Notes: generated by a model not told the origin, from the sequence alone. DNA of 64,000 bases from an uncultured Planctomycetota bacterium (GCA_963841915.1 CAWJEN010000005.1:64001-128000); one strand, 5' to 3'; numbered from the stretch's first letter, positions 29,904-40,226 are shown. Numbers and translations: made by a program.

Positions 29904-32900
29904 ATGGCCAAGGAACTGCTCGTCAACGTCACCCGCGGTGAAGAAGTCCGCGTCGCCCTCGTCGAGGACGGACAACTCGAAGAAATCTACCTTGAGAGAG
30001 ATAATGCCGCCTCCAGCGTCGGCAACATCTATCTCGGCAAGGTCACCAACGTAGAAGGCTCTATTCAGGCCGCCTTCGTCGACTTCGGTTACGGCCGAAA
30101 CGGCTTCCTGCACGTCCAGGACTTGCACCCTGACCACTTCCCCGACGGCGGGCGGTGGGAGAACATGGAAGAACGCGTCGGCAAGAAGATCGGCCGACGC
30201 GACAGGCCGCCCATCCAGGACTGCCTGCGACGCGGCGACCGCATCGTCGTCCAGATCATCAAGGAGGGCATCGGCACCAAGGGCCCGACACTCACGTCGT
30301 ACCCGTCGATCCCCGGTCGTTTCCTCGTCGCCATGCCCGGCGTCGGGCAGATGGGCGTAAGCAAGAACATCGAAGACGAGAAGGAACGTCGCCGCCTGCG
30401 CAAGGTGCTTGACGGCCTCGAACAACCCAAGGACGTCGGTTTCATCATCCGGACCGCCGGCGAAGGCAAGACCAAGGCCGAGCTCGAGCGGGACTTTAAG
30501 TACCTCAGCCGCCTCTGGGCCGAAATCGACGCCAAGCGTAAGACCGCCAAAGCGCCTGCCCTGCTCTACAGCGAGGGCGACCTTGTCACCCGCACCGTTC
30601 GCGACGTCTGGAGCGGCGAAGTTGATCGCATCGTGTGCGACGACGTCGAAACGGCCGTCCGGATTCGGCAGTTTTTCAAGCTGCTTATGCCGCGGACGAA
30701 GGTCGACGTGCGGCTGTACGAGGGCCGCGTGCCGTTGTTTCACGCCAGCGGCATCGAGCGGGAGATCGAGACGATGTTCAGCCGACACGTGCCGCTGGCC
30801 AACGGCGGCAGCCTCGTCATCGACTCGACCGAGGCCGTCGTCGCCATCGACGTCAACACCGGCAAGTTTCGCGAGCATGGCGACGCCGAAGAGACTGCGT
30901 TCCGCATGGACCTCGAAGCGGCCGACGAAATTTGCCGCCAGCTTCGCCTGCGTGACCTTGGCGGCCTCGTCATCTGCGACTTCATCGATCTGCGGTACAG
31001 CCGCCACCGTCAGCAGCTGCACGATCGCCTGACGGAGCAATTCAAGCGTGACCGTGCCAAGAGCCGGCACCTCATGATGAGTGAGTTCGGGATTGTGGAG
31101 ATGACGCGTCAGCGGATGCGGCCTGACCTCAAGAAGAGCGTCTTCATGCCCTCGCCGTGGAGTCGCGGCAGCGGATTCATCAAGACGCCAGAGAGCCTTG
31201 CCCTCGACGTGCTGCGTCGCCTGCAAGTCGCCGCCGCCAATGACCGTGTGATGCGGGTTTGCGTCCGGCTGCACCCGACCGCCGCCGTGAAGGTGTTGAA
31301 CCTCAAGCGTCGCGCGTTGGCCGAAATTGAGCGGAAGGAGAACCTGCCGATCGAGATCGTGCCGGACGACAAGCTCGCCGCCGACGCCATTGAATTCGAC
31401 TGCTACGACGACCGTGATCAGAACGTCGTTATCGAATCGATCAAGGACCGCGAGGAAGAAGGCGTCGATCAGGGCGGCCAACGCAAGCGTCGTCGCGGCG
31501 GCCGCGGGCGGACGAAGAAGGTCGAGAACACCGGCATCGACGAAGCCGTCGAACTCGACGAGGACGGCCTCGTTGATCTGCCGAAGATGAAGGAGCTTGG
31601 CGACCTCAAGCTCGACGAAGTCGAAGCCCTTGCCGCCGAGGTCAGCAAGAAGGTCGAGCAGGACGCCGATCCGATGCGTGAGGTGCTCGAAGCCCTCGGC
31701 CGGGCCGAGAAGGACGAGGCCGTCATTGCCGCCCAAGAGGCGGATGACGAAGACGACGAAGACAATGACAAGCCCAAGTCACGCCGTGGCAACCGCCGCG
31801 GCGGGCGTGGGCGAGGAAGTCGCGACGAAGTCTCGACCGAAGCCGAAGCCTCAGACGCCGAGTCTGTTGAAGCGACTGACGATACTGGCGAGGAAGAAGC
31901 CTCCGAGTCGACAGGCCGCCGTCGCAGGCGTCGCCGCCGCCGTCGTGGCGGCGAAGGTGCCGACGAGTCAACCGAAAGCGGTGAAAGCATCGAGGAGACT
32001 GACGACAGCAGCGACGACGAGGACGAGGCTGAAGCCACGGACGAGTCGCCACCCAAGCGAAGCCGTCGTCGCCGTGGCGGACGTGGCAGGCGGTCGGAGT
32101 CGGGCGATGACGCGTCGTCGACCCAGGCAGAGCAGCCCGAGTCCGACGAGGACGAAACGTCAGAAGCGTCGTCAACCGAAGAGGCAGACGACACGCCGCC
32201 CCGCTCGCGTCGCAGGCGCGGTCGTGGCCGCGGGTCTCGCGGTGCCGAAGAGGCGACAGCCGAGGCAGAAGCACCGCTTGCATCGGACGCCGACGATGCC
32301 GAAACACCGTCGGAAGACGACGAAGCACCTCGTGGTCGTCGGCGTCGCAGGCGTCGCGGCCGGGGCGGCGATTCAGGAAAGTCGGCCGAAGCAACGCCTG
32401 CTGACAGCAATGATGAGCCCGCCGAACCATCTGCCGAATCGCCTTCGGTCGACGAGGAAGCACCGCGCGGTCGTGGTCGTCGCCGCCGTGGCGGCCGCGG
32501 TGGAAGCTCTGGCGAGGCAGCGTCCGAAGCCGATTCGGCTGTTGACAGTGCTCCCAAAGAAGCAGCCGAACCGGCCGCTCCGAAGCGCAAGCTCGTCAAG
32601 GCCGCGCCGCCCGTGTTCGGTCGCAACAGCGAACATTCGGACACGAAGCCAGACGCGCCGATCGGTCGCCCGACGCCCGTGAAGGTCAACGGCATCCACG
32701 ACGATGCCGAGCCCGACTCGGAGACCGACGAGACACCCGAAGTTGCCGATTTGCCTGAAGTGGCGGAGGAGGCTCGGCCCAAGCGGACGCGTCGTCGCCG
32801 TCGTGGCAGCAAGGCCGACGCCGATCCCGTCGCCACCGAGGCAGAGGGGCCGGACGCTGTGGTCAAGGACGCTGACGAGGCCGATGCGGTCGACGCCGAG

Positions 32901-33197
32901 CCTGAAGCAGAGGTCGAGGAAGCGCCGGAGGAGCCGGTCAAGCAACCGGCCCGCCGCCGTCGTCGCTCGGCCGGCAAGGTGATCAAGAGTCGCCCGGCAG
33001 TCGTCGACGCAGCCTTGCCCGTCGCCGAACCCAAGGCTGAGGCCGAACCGCCCGTGAAGAAGGCCACCAAGCCTGCACCACGCAAGAAGGCAACGCCGAA
33101 GGTCGCCAAAGCTAAGGCCGAGGAGACTGAGAAGCCCAAGCCCAAGCGAATCCGCAAGAAGGCGGTCAAGAAGGCCGCCGCGGACGACGAGAGCTAA
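29904..33197 (+). CDS. rne: Ribonuclease E/G family protein with long disordered tail
   Basis: GNIYLGKV, QAAFVDFG, GFIIRTAG, IDVNTG, RLRDLGGLVICDFID; R-rich/acidic C-terminal half. Confidence 0.92.
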   Translation: MAKELLVNVTRGEEVRVALVEDGQLEEIYLERDNAASSVGNIYLGKVTNVEGSIQAAFVDFGYGRNGFLHVQDLHPDHFPDGGRWENMEERVGKKIGRRDRPPIQDCLRRGDRIVVQIIKEGIGTKGPTLTSYPSIPGRFLVAMPGVGQMGVSKNIEDEKERRRLRKVLDGLEQPKDVGFIIRTAGEGKTKAELERDFKYLSRLWAEIDAKRKTAKAPALLYSEGDLVTRTVRDVWSGEVDRIVCDDVETAVRIRQFFKLLMPRTKVDVRLYEGRVPLFHASGIEREIETMFSRHVPLANGGSLVIDSTEAVVAIDVNTGKFREHGDAEETAFRMDLEAADEICRQLRLRDLGGLVICDFIDLRYSRHRQQLHDRLTEQFKRDRAKSRHLMMSEFGIVEMTRQRMRPDLKKSVFMPSPWSRGSGFIKTPESLALDVLRRLQVAAANDRVMRVCVRLHPTAAVKVLNLKRRALAEIERKENLPIEIVPDDKLAADAIEFDCYDDRDQNVVIESIKDREEEGVDQGGQRKRRRGGRGRTKKVENTGIDEAVELDEDGLVDLPKMKELGDLKLDEVEALAAEVSKKVEQDADPMREVLEALGRAEKDEAVIAAQEADDEDDEDNDKPKSRRGNRRGGRGRGSRDEVSTEAEASDAESVEATDDTGEEEASESTGRRRRRRRRRRGGEGADESTESGESIEETDDSSDDEDEAEATDESPPKRSRRRRGGRGRRSESGDDASSTQAEQPESDEDETSEASSTEEADDTPPRSRRRRGRGRGSRGAEEATAEAEAPLASDADDAETPSEDDEAPRGRRRRRRRGRGGDSGKSAEATPADSNDEPAEPSAESPSVDEEAPRGRGRRRRGGRGGSSGEAASEADSAVDSAPKEAAEPAAPKRKLVKAAPPVFGRNSEHSDTKPDAPIGRPTPVKVNGIHDDAEPDSETDETPEVADLPEVAEEARPKRTRRRRRGSKADADPVATEAEGPDAVVKDADEADAVDAEPEAEVEEAPEEPVKQPARRRRRSAGKVIKSRPAVVDAALPVAEPKAEAEPPVKKATKPAPRKKATPKVAKAKAEETEKPKPKRIRKKAVKKAAADDES

Positions 33198-33220
33198 GGT
33201 CCTGTCGCGTCGCAGATTTG

Positions 33221-33260
33221 AACCCGCAGGATCGGCATCATGCCGAGCCCGCGGGTTTTT
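33221..33260 (+). terminator. Rho-independent terminator after rne
   Basis: aacccgcagg..tcggca-tca-tgccga..cccgcgggttttt. Confidence 0.7.
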
Positions 33261-33284
33261 CGCACCTTAAGCCGTTGATGCTCC

Positions 33285-33330
33285 ACCCGGTGCCACACCT
33301 TCTCCCGAAGGGGAAGGTGTGGCACCGGGT
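33285..33330. repeat. Palindromic hairpin with 18-bp perfect arms (REP-like or terminator of the converging moeB-like gene)
   Basis: acccggtgccacaccttc ... gaaggtgtggcaccgggt. Confidence 0.65.
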
Positions 33331-33418
33331 TCTACTTCAGTACACGTAACATCGAGAACGGGTAGGACAGGTAGCTGCGTCTCTGCGAGACGTGCTCCGT
33401 ACGACGCAACCACGAGTC

Positions 33419-34432
33419 TTAGCTCCCCAGCAGCCGCGCCACCAGCGACCGCGCCGCCGCGGTGTCGTCGGTGCCTTGGACGATGACGCGGCCGTCGGCG
33501 AAGGCGGTGAGTTGCAGCGTCGGCCGCTCCGTCGGGACGAGTCGGACGCAGAACGCGGTCGCTTTCACCGTGCCGCTACCTGCCCACTTTGCCGCGGCTG
33601 CTTGCAAGTCGAGCCGACCGGTCTGGCGGACCTGCACGGCATCGCGTCCGCACAGACTTGTCGATGAATCTGTAGGCATATCGAGAAACGGAAACTCGCG
33701 AGCTCCACAACACGGGCACGCTTCGTCGCGTGGCACCTCGACCTGCCGTGCCGTCCCGTGCCAGACGTCGAAGGCGTGCAGCACACCTGCCGTGTCGCGG
33801 TTGACGATGAGTCGGATGGCCATCGCGACCTGCAGGTTCGCGGTCACGCCCGCCGCCGCCGCCAGCACGCCGGCCGTGTCGCACGTCTCCAGTTCCCCGG
33901 GTCGGGGCGGATTCGGGAAGACGCAACGCAAACAAGCCGTCTCTCCGGGAATGACCGCCATCGCCCGACCGACCGTGCCGACGGCCGCGCCGTACACCCA
34001 AGGCACGCCAGTCTTCACGCAGGCGTCGTTGAGCAGGTAGCGGGTGGCGGCGTTGTCCGTGCCGTCGACCACGAGTGTCACCCCGGAAACCAGGTTCCCG
34101 ACCGACTCGGCGTCGACGTCGATCGGCCGTGGGTCGAGCGTGATCGCCCCATTGATCCTGGCAAGTCGCTCTGCGGCGGCGACGACTTTGGGGCGGCTGA
34201 TGTCCGACTCTGCGAACAGCGTCTGCCGTTGAAGATTGCTGGACTCGACGATGTCGCGGTCGACAAGAATCAAGGTGCCGACGCCCGCCCGGGCCAGGCC
34301 ATCGGCGGCGACGGTGCCGAGCGCGCCGCACCCGAGAACGACCACGCGAGCGGCGGCGATGTTGGCTTGACCGGCCTCGCCGATCTGCGGCAGTCTGCAT
34401 TGGCGGTCGTAGCGGTCGCCGGAAACGTTCAT
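33419..34432 (-). CDS. ThiF/MoeB family adenylyltransferase
   Basis: GCGALG, DRDIVESSNLQRQ, DGTDN, CLRC, CPCC, LCGRDAVQ. Confidence 0.9.
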   Translation of the reverse strand: MNVSGDRYDRQCRLPQIGEAGQANIAAARVVVLGCGALGTVAADGLARAGVGTLILVDRDIVESSNLQRQTLFAESDISRPKVVAAAERLARINGAITLDPRPIDVDAESVGNLVSGVTLVVDGTDNAATRYLLNDACVKTGVPWVYGAAVGTVGRAMAVIPGETACLRCVFPNPPRPGELETCDTAGVLAAAAGVTANLQVAMAIRLIVNRDTAGVLHAFDVWHGTARQVEVPRDEACPCCGAREFPFLDMPTDSSTSLCGRDAVQVRQTGRLDLQAAAAKWAGSGTVKATAFCVRLVPTERPTLQLTAFADGRVIVQGTDDTAAARSLVARLLGS

Positions 34433-34450
34433 CGGCCCAATACTACTGCC

Positions 34451-34879
34451 ATGCCTGAGCAAGACCTCGACCAGCAGATCACCGCCGCCGCCGAGAAGCT
34501 GGGAGAACTCGTCGCCCAGCATCCGGCCATCGCCTCCTATGCAGAGGCCAGCGAAGCCCTTCGCAAAGACACCGAAGCCGGCCGACTGCTCCAGCAGTTC
34601 GAGCAACGGGCAATGGTGCTCGGCCGCAACGAGCAGATGGGCCAACCTGTCACGCAGGCCGAGCGGCAAGAGCTCGAGCAGATGCAACAGACCATCGCCA
34701 GCAACATCAAGGTCAAGGCTTTTTCCATCGCCCAGGCCGACATGACGGACGTACTTCGCAAGGCCAGCCAGACGTGGCAGCGGCCTGTCGCCAAGGCCCA
34801 GGGCGAGGACGATGTCGAGCAGCAGGCGGGCGGCCCGGCCGGTGGTCGGTCGGGCGGCTCACCCTTGGTGATGGGCTGA
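34451..34879 (+). CDS. YlbF/YmcA-like regulator
   Basis: AEKLGELVAQHP..., helical Q/E-rich profile. Confidence 0.7.
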   Translation: MPEQDLDQQITAAAEKLGELVAQHPAIASYAEASEALRKDTEAGRLLQQFEQRAMVLGRNEQMGQPVTQAERQELEQMQQTIASNIKVKAFSIAQADMTDVLRKASQTWQRPVAKAQGEDDVEQQAGGPAGGRSGGSPLVMG

Positions 34880-34930
34880 TGTCGCGGCAGAGGCACCAAT
34901 GCGTCCCGACGGCTTCCTAGCGTCGCCGCA

Positions 34931-36223
34931 ATGTCCAAGGCTGCACCCGTTGCTCGAATCCTCAGTGTCGGTGACGAGCTTGTCAGCGGATTGACGGTCG
35001 ACACCAATTCCGCCTGGTTCAGTCAGCAGCTCGCGTCCGTGGGCGTTCGCACGGTGGCGCACGCGACGGCCGACGACGACCAGGCGGCCATCGCTGCCGA
35101 AATTGTGCGGCATGCTGCTGCCTGTGACTTGCTCATCGTCTCCGGCGGAATCGGGCCGACGCCTGACGACCTGACGCGTGAAGCGCTAGGCGATGTCGTC
35201 GGTCGACCGGTGGTCATTTGCGAGTCGTGGGTCGAACACATTCGACAGATCTGGGCGAAGCGTGGCAAGCCGATGCCGGAGGCCAATCGTAAGCAGGCCG
35301 GTGCGCCCGAAGGCACGGAGCTGCTCGACAACCCGGTCGGCACGGCTGCGGGTGTGGCAGCGACGGTGGGCGATTGCCGCGTCTTCGTGGTGCCGGGTGT
35401 GCCCCGCGAGGCCAAGGCGATGTTTGCCGACCACATCGGGCCTTACGCGACGCAGCTCAGCGAGGCGGCCGGCGGGCGGATCATCAGGACGCGTGCATTG
35501 CACACGTTCGGCATCGGGGAAAGTGATCTGGCCGAACGGCTCGGCAGCTTGCTGACACGCGGCAACGGAGGCGACCTTGACGTCGGCACGACGGCCGCTC
35601 GTGGTGTTGTCAGCGTGCGCATCTACGTCCGTGCCGGCACCGTCGACGCGGCGGCGAGGTTGATGGATGACGTAGAGCAACGCGTGCGAGATGAGCTGGG
35701 CGTGCTCGTCTTCGGTCGCGACGACGAGACGCTGCCGATGGCGGTAATGACATCTTTGAGCGAGCACAGGGACCGGCCGATCGTGAGCCTGGCCGAGAGC
35801 TGCACGGGCGGCCTCATCGCCAAGCTACTGACCGATCTGCCGGGCAGCAGCGCGATCTTTCACCGCGGTGTCGTCGCGTACGCGAACGATGTGAAGCGTG
35901 ACCTGCTCGGCGTGCCGGCGAAGCTGCTGGCGGAGCATGGGGCCGTGAGCGAGCCGGTGGCAAAGGCGATGGCGTCGGGCATCCGCGGCGAAGGCAATGA
36001 CCTTGCACTCAGCGTCACCGGCATTGCCGGGCCCGACGGCGGGACAGAGCACAAGCCCGTCGGCACCGTTTGCATTGCGTTGGCGTCGCCGGAACGTGTC
36101 GTTTCACGTACGTTCAGCTTTCACGGCGATCGCGACATGGTGCGGCTGCGCTCTGCGTACACCGCCTTGGCCATGCTGCGGTTTCATCTACTGAGCGACG
36201 ATCCGCTCGGGCTGCTGACATGA
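34931..36223 (+). CDS. cinA: Competence/damage-inducible protein CinA (MoCF + NMN deamidase)
   Basis: SVGDELVSG..VDTN, GGIGPTPDDLTRE, PGVPRE, AESCTGG, HGAVS, TGIAGPDGG. Confidence 0.92.
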   Translation: MSKAAPVARILSVGDELVSGLTVDTNSAWFSQQLASVGVRTVAHATADDDQAAIAAEIVRHAAACDLLIVSGGIGPTPDDLTREALGDVVGRPVVICESWVEHIRQIWAKRGKPMPEANRKQAGAPEGTELLDNPVGTAAGVAATVGDCRVFVVPGVPREAKAMFADHIGPYATQLSEAAGGRIIRTRALHTFGIGESDLAERLGSLLTRGNGGDLDVGTTAARGVVSVRIYVRAGTVDAAARLMDDVEQRVRDELGVLVFGRDDETLPMAVMTSLSEHRDRPIVSLAESCTGGLIAKLLTDLPGSSAIFHRGVVAYANDVKRDLLGVPAKLLAEHGAVSEPVAKAMASGIRGEGNDLALSVTGIAGPDGGTEHKPVGTVCIALASPERVVSRTFSFHGDRDMVRLRSAYTALAMLRFHLLSDDPLGLLT

Positions 36224-37140
36224 GCGGGTACGCGACCGATGCCTGGCCTTTCGCGGGTGCGGCAGCGATGCTGCTGGCGGGTGGCGTGGCGTCGTGGCTG
36301 CTGGCGGTGTGGTGGACCGGCCGATTGATGCACCGTCCGCCACGGCTGACGCCGCCGCGGGCAATGATGCGATTAGGACGTTCGACACCCGACGACATCG
36401 GCGTCGCCTTCGAGGAGCGCGTCTACGAAGTCGACGATGTCATGCGGCCGGGTCACCGGCTTCAGCTCGACGCCTGGTGGTTGCCTGCAGAACAAGAGCG
36501 GGCGACGGCTGTCGTGGTGCACAGTTACGGCGACTCGCGGCCGGGGGTGCTGCCTTGGGCGGCCATGTTGCACAAGCTGAACATGTCGGTCCTAGTGATC
36601 GACCAACGCGCTCACGGCACGTCTGGCGGTCACGCATCGACGGGCGGTTACGCGGAGCAAGCGGACCTGAACGCCCTGCTCAATCAGCTTCGCCCGACGG
36701 GCCCGTTGATGTTGGTGGGCATCAGCTTCGGAGCGATGGTGGCCGCCGACGTGGCTGCGTCGCGCGACGATGTCGCCGCGCTGGTGCTGGACAGTCCGAT
36801 CATGACTTGGAATGCAGCCACTTTGCGTTGGGCCAAGATTTTCGGCCTGCCACCGGCGGGGCCGCTCGCCCAACAGCTTCGATTGGTGTGGTCGGTACCG
36901 GCTGCCGGTCGGCGCTCGCCGCTCGAAACGATGACGTCGCTTGCGACCATGAACGTGCCGAATCTCGTTATCTTGCCGCGTCAGGATGTGCTGGTCACGA
37001 CAGCCGAAGCTGACGCGGTTGCGGCCATGGCGCACCTTGTCGTTTGGCGACCTGATGTGCCGCACAACCTTGCCATCATCGAAACAGGCGACACGTACCT
37101 GAAGCGGATTGAGGACCTGCTCGACCGGCTTACAATCTAA
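36220..37140 (+). CDS. Alpha/beta hydrolase with N-terminal TM
   Basis: DQRAHGTS, GISFG nucleophile elbow, LDSP. Confidence 0.8.
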   Translation: MSGYATDAWPFAGAAAMLLAGGVASWLLAVWWTGRLMHRPPRLTPPRAMMRLGRSTPDDIGVAFEERVYEVDDVMRPGHRLQLDAWWLPAEQERATAVVVHSYGDSRPGVLPWAAMLHKLNMSVLVIDQRAHGTSGGHASTGGYAEQADLNALLNQLRPTGPLMLVGISFGAMVAADVAASRDDVAALVLDSPIMTWNAATLRWAKIFGLPPAGPLAQQLRLVWSVPAAGRRSPLETMTSLATMNVPNLVILPRQDVLVTTAEADAVAAMAHLVVWRPDVPHNLAIIETGDTYLKRIEDLLDRLTI

Positions 37141-37610
37141 TTCGACTCCGGCGGCAACTCACTCGTTGTCCAGTACTTGTGCAACGCCTCGACGAGTTCG
37201 CTGAACGCCTCCTGCTCGACCGGCTTGATCAGGTAGCCCGCCACGTTGTGCCGGAAGGCCTGGTACTTGTCCCTCACGACGTCGCTGCTGGTCAGGACAA
37301 TGACGAGGGTGTGGGCGAGGGTTTCGTCCTCCCGGATCCGCCGCAGCAGATCGAATCCGCTGACTTCTGGCAGGTTCAGATCAAGCAGCACCATACGACG
37401 TGCCTTTGGCAGGTGGATGGCCTCCTCACGATCCTGCAGCACCGCAAGCGCCTGCTCGGCAGTGCCGGCAACGGCCATCCTGTGCGGCAGCTTCGCCTTT
37501 TTGATCGCCCGTTGCAGGCTCAAGACGTCGAGGTCGTTGTCCTCTACCAGCAGAATGTTGAGAGCAAGGTCAGCGGAATCAGACGAGGATGAGTGAGCGG
37601 TCGTGGTCAT
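37137..37610 (-). CDS. Single-domain response regulator (Rcp1-like)
   Basis: ILLVEDN, LLDLNLP, VLTSS, YLIKP, KYW. Confidence 0.88.
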   Translation of the reverse strand: MTTTAHSSSSDSADLALNILLVEDNDLDVLSLQRAIKKAKLPHRMAVAGTAEQALAVLQDREEAIHLPKARRMVLLDLNLPEVSGFDLLRRIREDETLAHTLVIVLTSSDVVRDKYQAFRHNVAGYLIKPVEQEAFSELVEALHKYWTTSELPPESN

Positions 37611-37672
37611 GATGCGATGCGAGTCGATCCCTCGCGGGGGCGATTGCAAATGGTTGCACCGGCCGATGTGCA

Positions 37673-38260
37673 TCATGCGGAAACACGGTCGCTGCGCCAA
37701 CGTTTAATCCCTTTTTTCAACAGCCAGCGACGATGGCCTTGATGATGCAGCCACAGCCAGTCGATCTGCAGAATCTCTGCCGTGATGACGGCGAACCGGT
37801 CGCGGCCGTCACCTGATTCGGCAGGTACGTCGAACTCGTGTCGTGGCGTGCCGGGGCCATCGGTCAGGCGGTAGCACTTGCGCGAGCCGTGACTCGTCGC
37901 GTCCCACCGCTCATCGGCCAGCGCTGAACGCTGGTGCACCGACGCTTTGCCCGTCAGCACCACTTGCAGCTTGGCGGCACGGTCGTAAACGTGCCACGTG
38001 ACCAACGGCCGCTCGAGAAGTTGCTTTATCTTGCCCGCGTCGGCTCGGGAATGGCAACCAATCGTGCCGCTCTCTGCCTCAGCGATTCGAAGCACGACCG
38101 TCCGCGAAACTGGAACTCCATCCCCATCGACACTGGTCAGGGTCGGCGTGTGGAACGTGCTGTGCCGATCTCTCAGCGCTGCTGCAAATCGATGCCACAG
38201 GTCCGCCCGCACAGCTGCCGGGTCGTTGCTGATCGCCAGCATCGGGTCGGGGTCCTGCAC
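37673..38260 (-). CDS. Pyridoxamine 5'-phosphate oxidase family FMN-binding protein
   Basis: FHTPTLTSV, SRTVVLR, IDWLWL. Confidence 0.8.
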   Translation of the reverse strand: MQDPDPMLAISNDPAAVRADLWHRFAAALRDRHSTFHTPTLTSVDGDGVPVSRTVVLRIAEAESGTIGCHSRADAGKIKQLLERPLVTWHVYDRAAKLQVVLTGKASVHQRSALADERWDATSHGSRKCYRLTDGPGTPRHEFDVPAESGDGRDRFAVITAEILQIDWLWLHHQGHRRWLLKKGIKRWRSDRVSA

Positions 38261-38269
38261 GAGGTTACG

Positions 38270-39346
38270 CTACGGCGTCGTGCGGTACAGGTCGGCCCAG
38301 ATGGGCCTGTGGTCGCTGCCGACGGACTCGCCGATGCCCGACTGCGATGCGACTAGGCCGCTCGTGGTAAAGATGTTGTCGATGCGCACGCCGAGCCCGG
38401 AGCGGTCGACGAAGCTGCCGACGCCCGACCGCCTCTTGAAGGTGTTGGGCCACGTCGTCCCGCGGCCCCAGGATGTGGCGTCGTGTACCTCGGTCAGCCC
38501 CGCGTCGCGTAGGGCGGCGAGTTGTGGCGTCCACGTGCTGGCGTTGAAGTCGCCGAGTGTTACGACCTCTGCCCCGGCGGCTTGGTAGGCTGAGAGCTCA
38601 TCGAGGAGACTGGCAAGCTGGCGGTAGTTCTTTGTCACCGATTTGACGCCACCGGGGGATTGGTGGTGGACGCCGCTGATGACGAGCGGCCTGCCACCGA
38701 AGTCGATTGTCGCCGCCCCGCGGCCGAAGCCCACGTCCTGCTGCACCATCGGCCGGTCGGCCATCACCAGCACGCGGTTGATCTGACTCATCTTCGGCCA
38801 CGCCTGGTGGGGCATGATGTCTGCCATCCGCTCCAACAGCGGGTGGTGGATTCTGCCGAACTCGCTGAAGGAGATGACATCGGGCTCTACTTCGCGGATG
38901 TAGGACTCAATCGCGTCCAGGTCACCGTTGAAGTAGTACAGGTTTATCGCCAGCACGCGCAACCGCTCGCCTTGCGGCTGAGGTCGTGATGGTGTCGGCG
39001 CAGCCCGGTACAGCTCGGCCCCAAGAAGCGTCGCAGCAACGAGCAATGAGACGATCGCCAGTCGCCGCCGCATCACGAGCCACGCGATGGGCATCAGGAC
39101 CGCCGCCATCAAGCCGATGTGGAACTGCATCACACGAGCGGCAAAGACGAGCGTGTTGACGAGCTGATTCAGCCGCGCGTCTGTGGTAAAGCTCACCGGC
39201 ACCACGTATGCCGCCGCCACGCAGACGCCCGCGCCGCCGACAAGCAGCCACAACGGAAGTGCAAGCAACCGCCCCGCGTAGAAGCGGATCGCTTGCATCC
39301 CGCGGTAGGCGATGATCGACGGCTGGTCGTCGGCGGCTTCAGTCAT
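38270..39346 (-). CDS. Endonuclease/exonuclease/phosphatase family membrane protein
   Basis: N-terminal TMs; GDFNA, TWP, RIDNI, GSDHRP. Confidence 0.85.
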   Translation of the reverse strand: MTEAADDQPSIIAYRGMQAIRFYAGRLLALPLWLLVGGAGVCVAAAYVVPVSFTTDARLNQLVNTLVFAARVMQFHIGLMAAVLMPIAWLVMRRRLAIVSLLVAATLLGAELYRAAPTPSRPQPQGERLRVLAINLYYFNGDLDAIESYIREVEPDVISFSEFGRIHHPLLERMADIMPHQAWPKMSQINRVLVMADRPMVQQDVGFGRGAATIDFGGRPLVISGVHHQSPGGVKSVTKNYRQLASLLDELSAYQAAGAEVVTLGDFNASTWTPQLAALRDAGLTEVHDATSWGRGTTWPNTFKRRSGVGSFVDRSGLGVRIDNIFTTSGLVASQSGIGESVGSDHRPIWADLYRTTP

Positions 39347-39394
39347 ACTCGCTGGCTTGGATACACCGTCGGGCTCGTTGTTGCACCCGCCACC

Positions 39395-40195
39395 TCAATT
39401 CACGCTCGGATCATTGGGAATGCGATTTATGTCGATCATGCGAGACAGGTTGGCACGGGTGCGGAGGCGGACCCACTGGCGGACCCCTGCTGCCAACGTG
39501 GACGCCGGATCTTCGCCGCCGTCGGCCCCGACGAGGCCGAGCAGGCCGACCGCACCCGGCGGCAAGGCGGTCAGCGTCTGGGCCGACGGATGCCGTTCAT
39601 CGCCACCGGCGTAGACCTCGGCGGCGTCGGCGTCTAGCAGTTGCCACGAGTCCTCAGCTAATTCAGCCTCAAGCTGTCCAGCCGCCCAGCCGGCGTAACC
39701 GGCGACAAATTTGACCGCCGTCGTGCTAAGGTCGCGCCCTTCTTCCTCGGCACCAAGGTGCCGCATCAGGGCTTCAAGCGCCTCCCGACGGCTGCAGAAA
39801 AAGATGCCCTCCGCCACTAGTTCCGGAGAGGCAACGTGCTCTTCCTCCTCCTCGGCGGCGTTGTCGCCACCTGCAAGATCAGCCTCGGCTTCGGCCAGAC
39901 TCCGCAGGTTGTGGACGGCAACCAGCGGCCCCGTACACGGGCCGCCGTGAAAGAGAGGCACCGACACACCGCTCGCCGCCTCGACATCGTCGCCGCAGGC
40001 CTCTTCAAGCGTCACACCGAGCGGCCGATTGATGACAACGCCCAGCGCGCCCTCCTGGTCGTGGCGGACGATCAGGATGATCGCCCGGGCAAAATTCGGA
40101 TCGTTCAGCGTCGCGCTGGCCAGCAGGAACTTACCCCGCAGGCTCGGGAGCTTGAGCGGTGCGTCCTCGTTGGTGCCGTCGAAGTCGTCGGACAT
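39395..40195 (-). CDS. YqgE/AlgH (UPF0301) family protein
   Basis: LNDPNFAR, GALGVVINRP, GGP, GYAGWAAGQLEAEL. Confidence 0.88.
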   Translation of the reverse strand: MSDDFDGTNEDAPLKLPSLRGKFLLASATLNDPNFARAIILIVRHDQEGALGVVINRPLGVTLEEACGDDVEAASGVSVPLFHGGPCTGPLVAVHNLRSLAEAEADLAGGDNAAEEEEEHVASPELVAEGIFFCSRREALEALMRHLGAEEEGRDLSTTAVKFVAGYAGWAAGQLEAELAEDSWQLLDADAAEVYAGGDERHPSAQTLTALPPGAVGLLGLVGADGGEDPASTLAAGVRQWVRLRTRANLSRMIDINRIPNDPSVN

Positions 40196-40226
40196 GCGAC
40201 GCCACCCTATGACGACCCGAAGCGTC

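Noticed and set aside
31780..32500. Recurrent cgtcgccgc/cgtggc units resembling a repeat array
   Set aside because: Codons of poly-Arg blocks in rne; irregular spacing, not CRISPR
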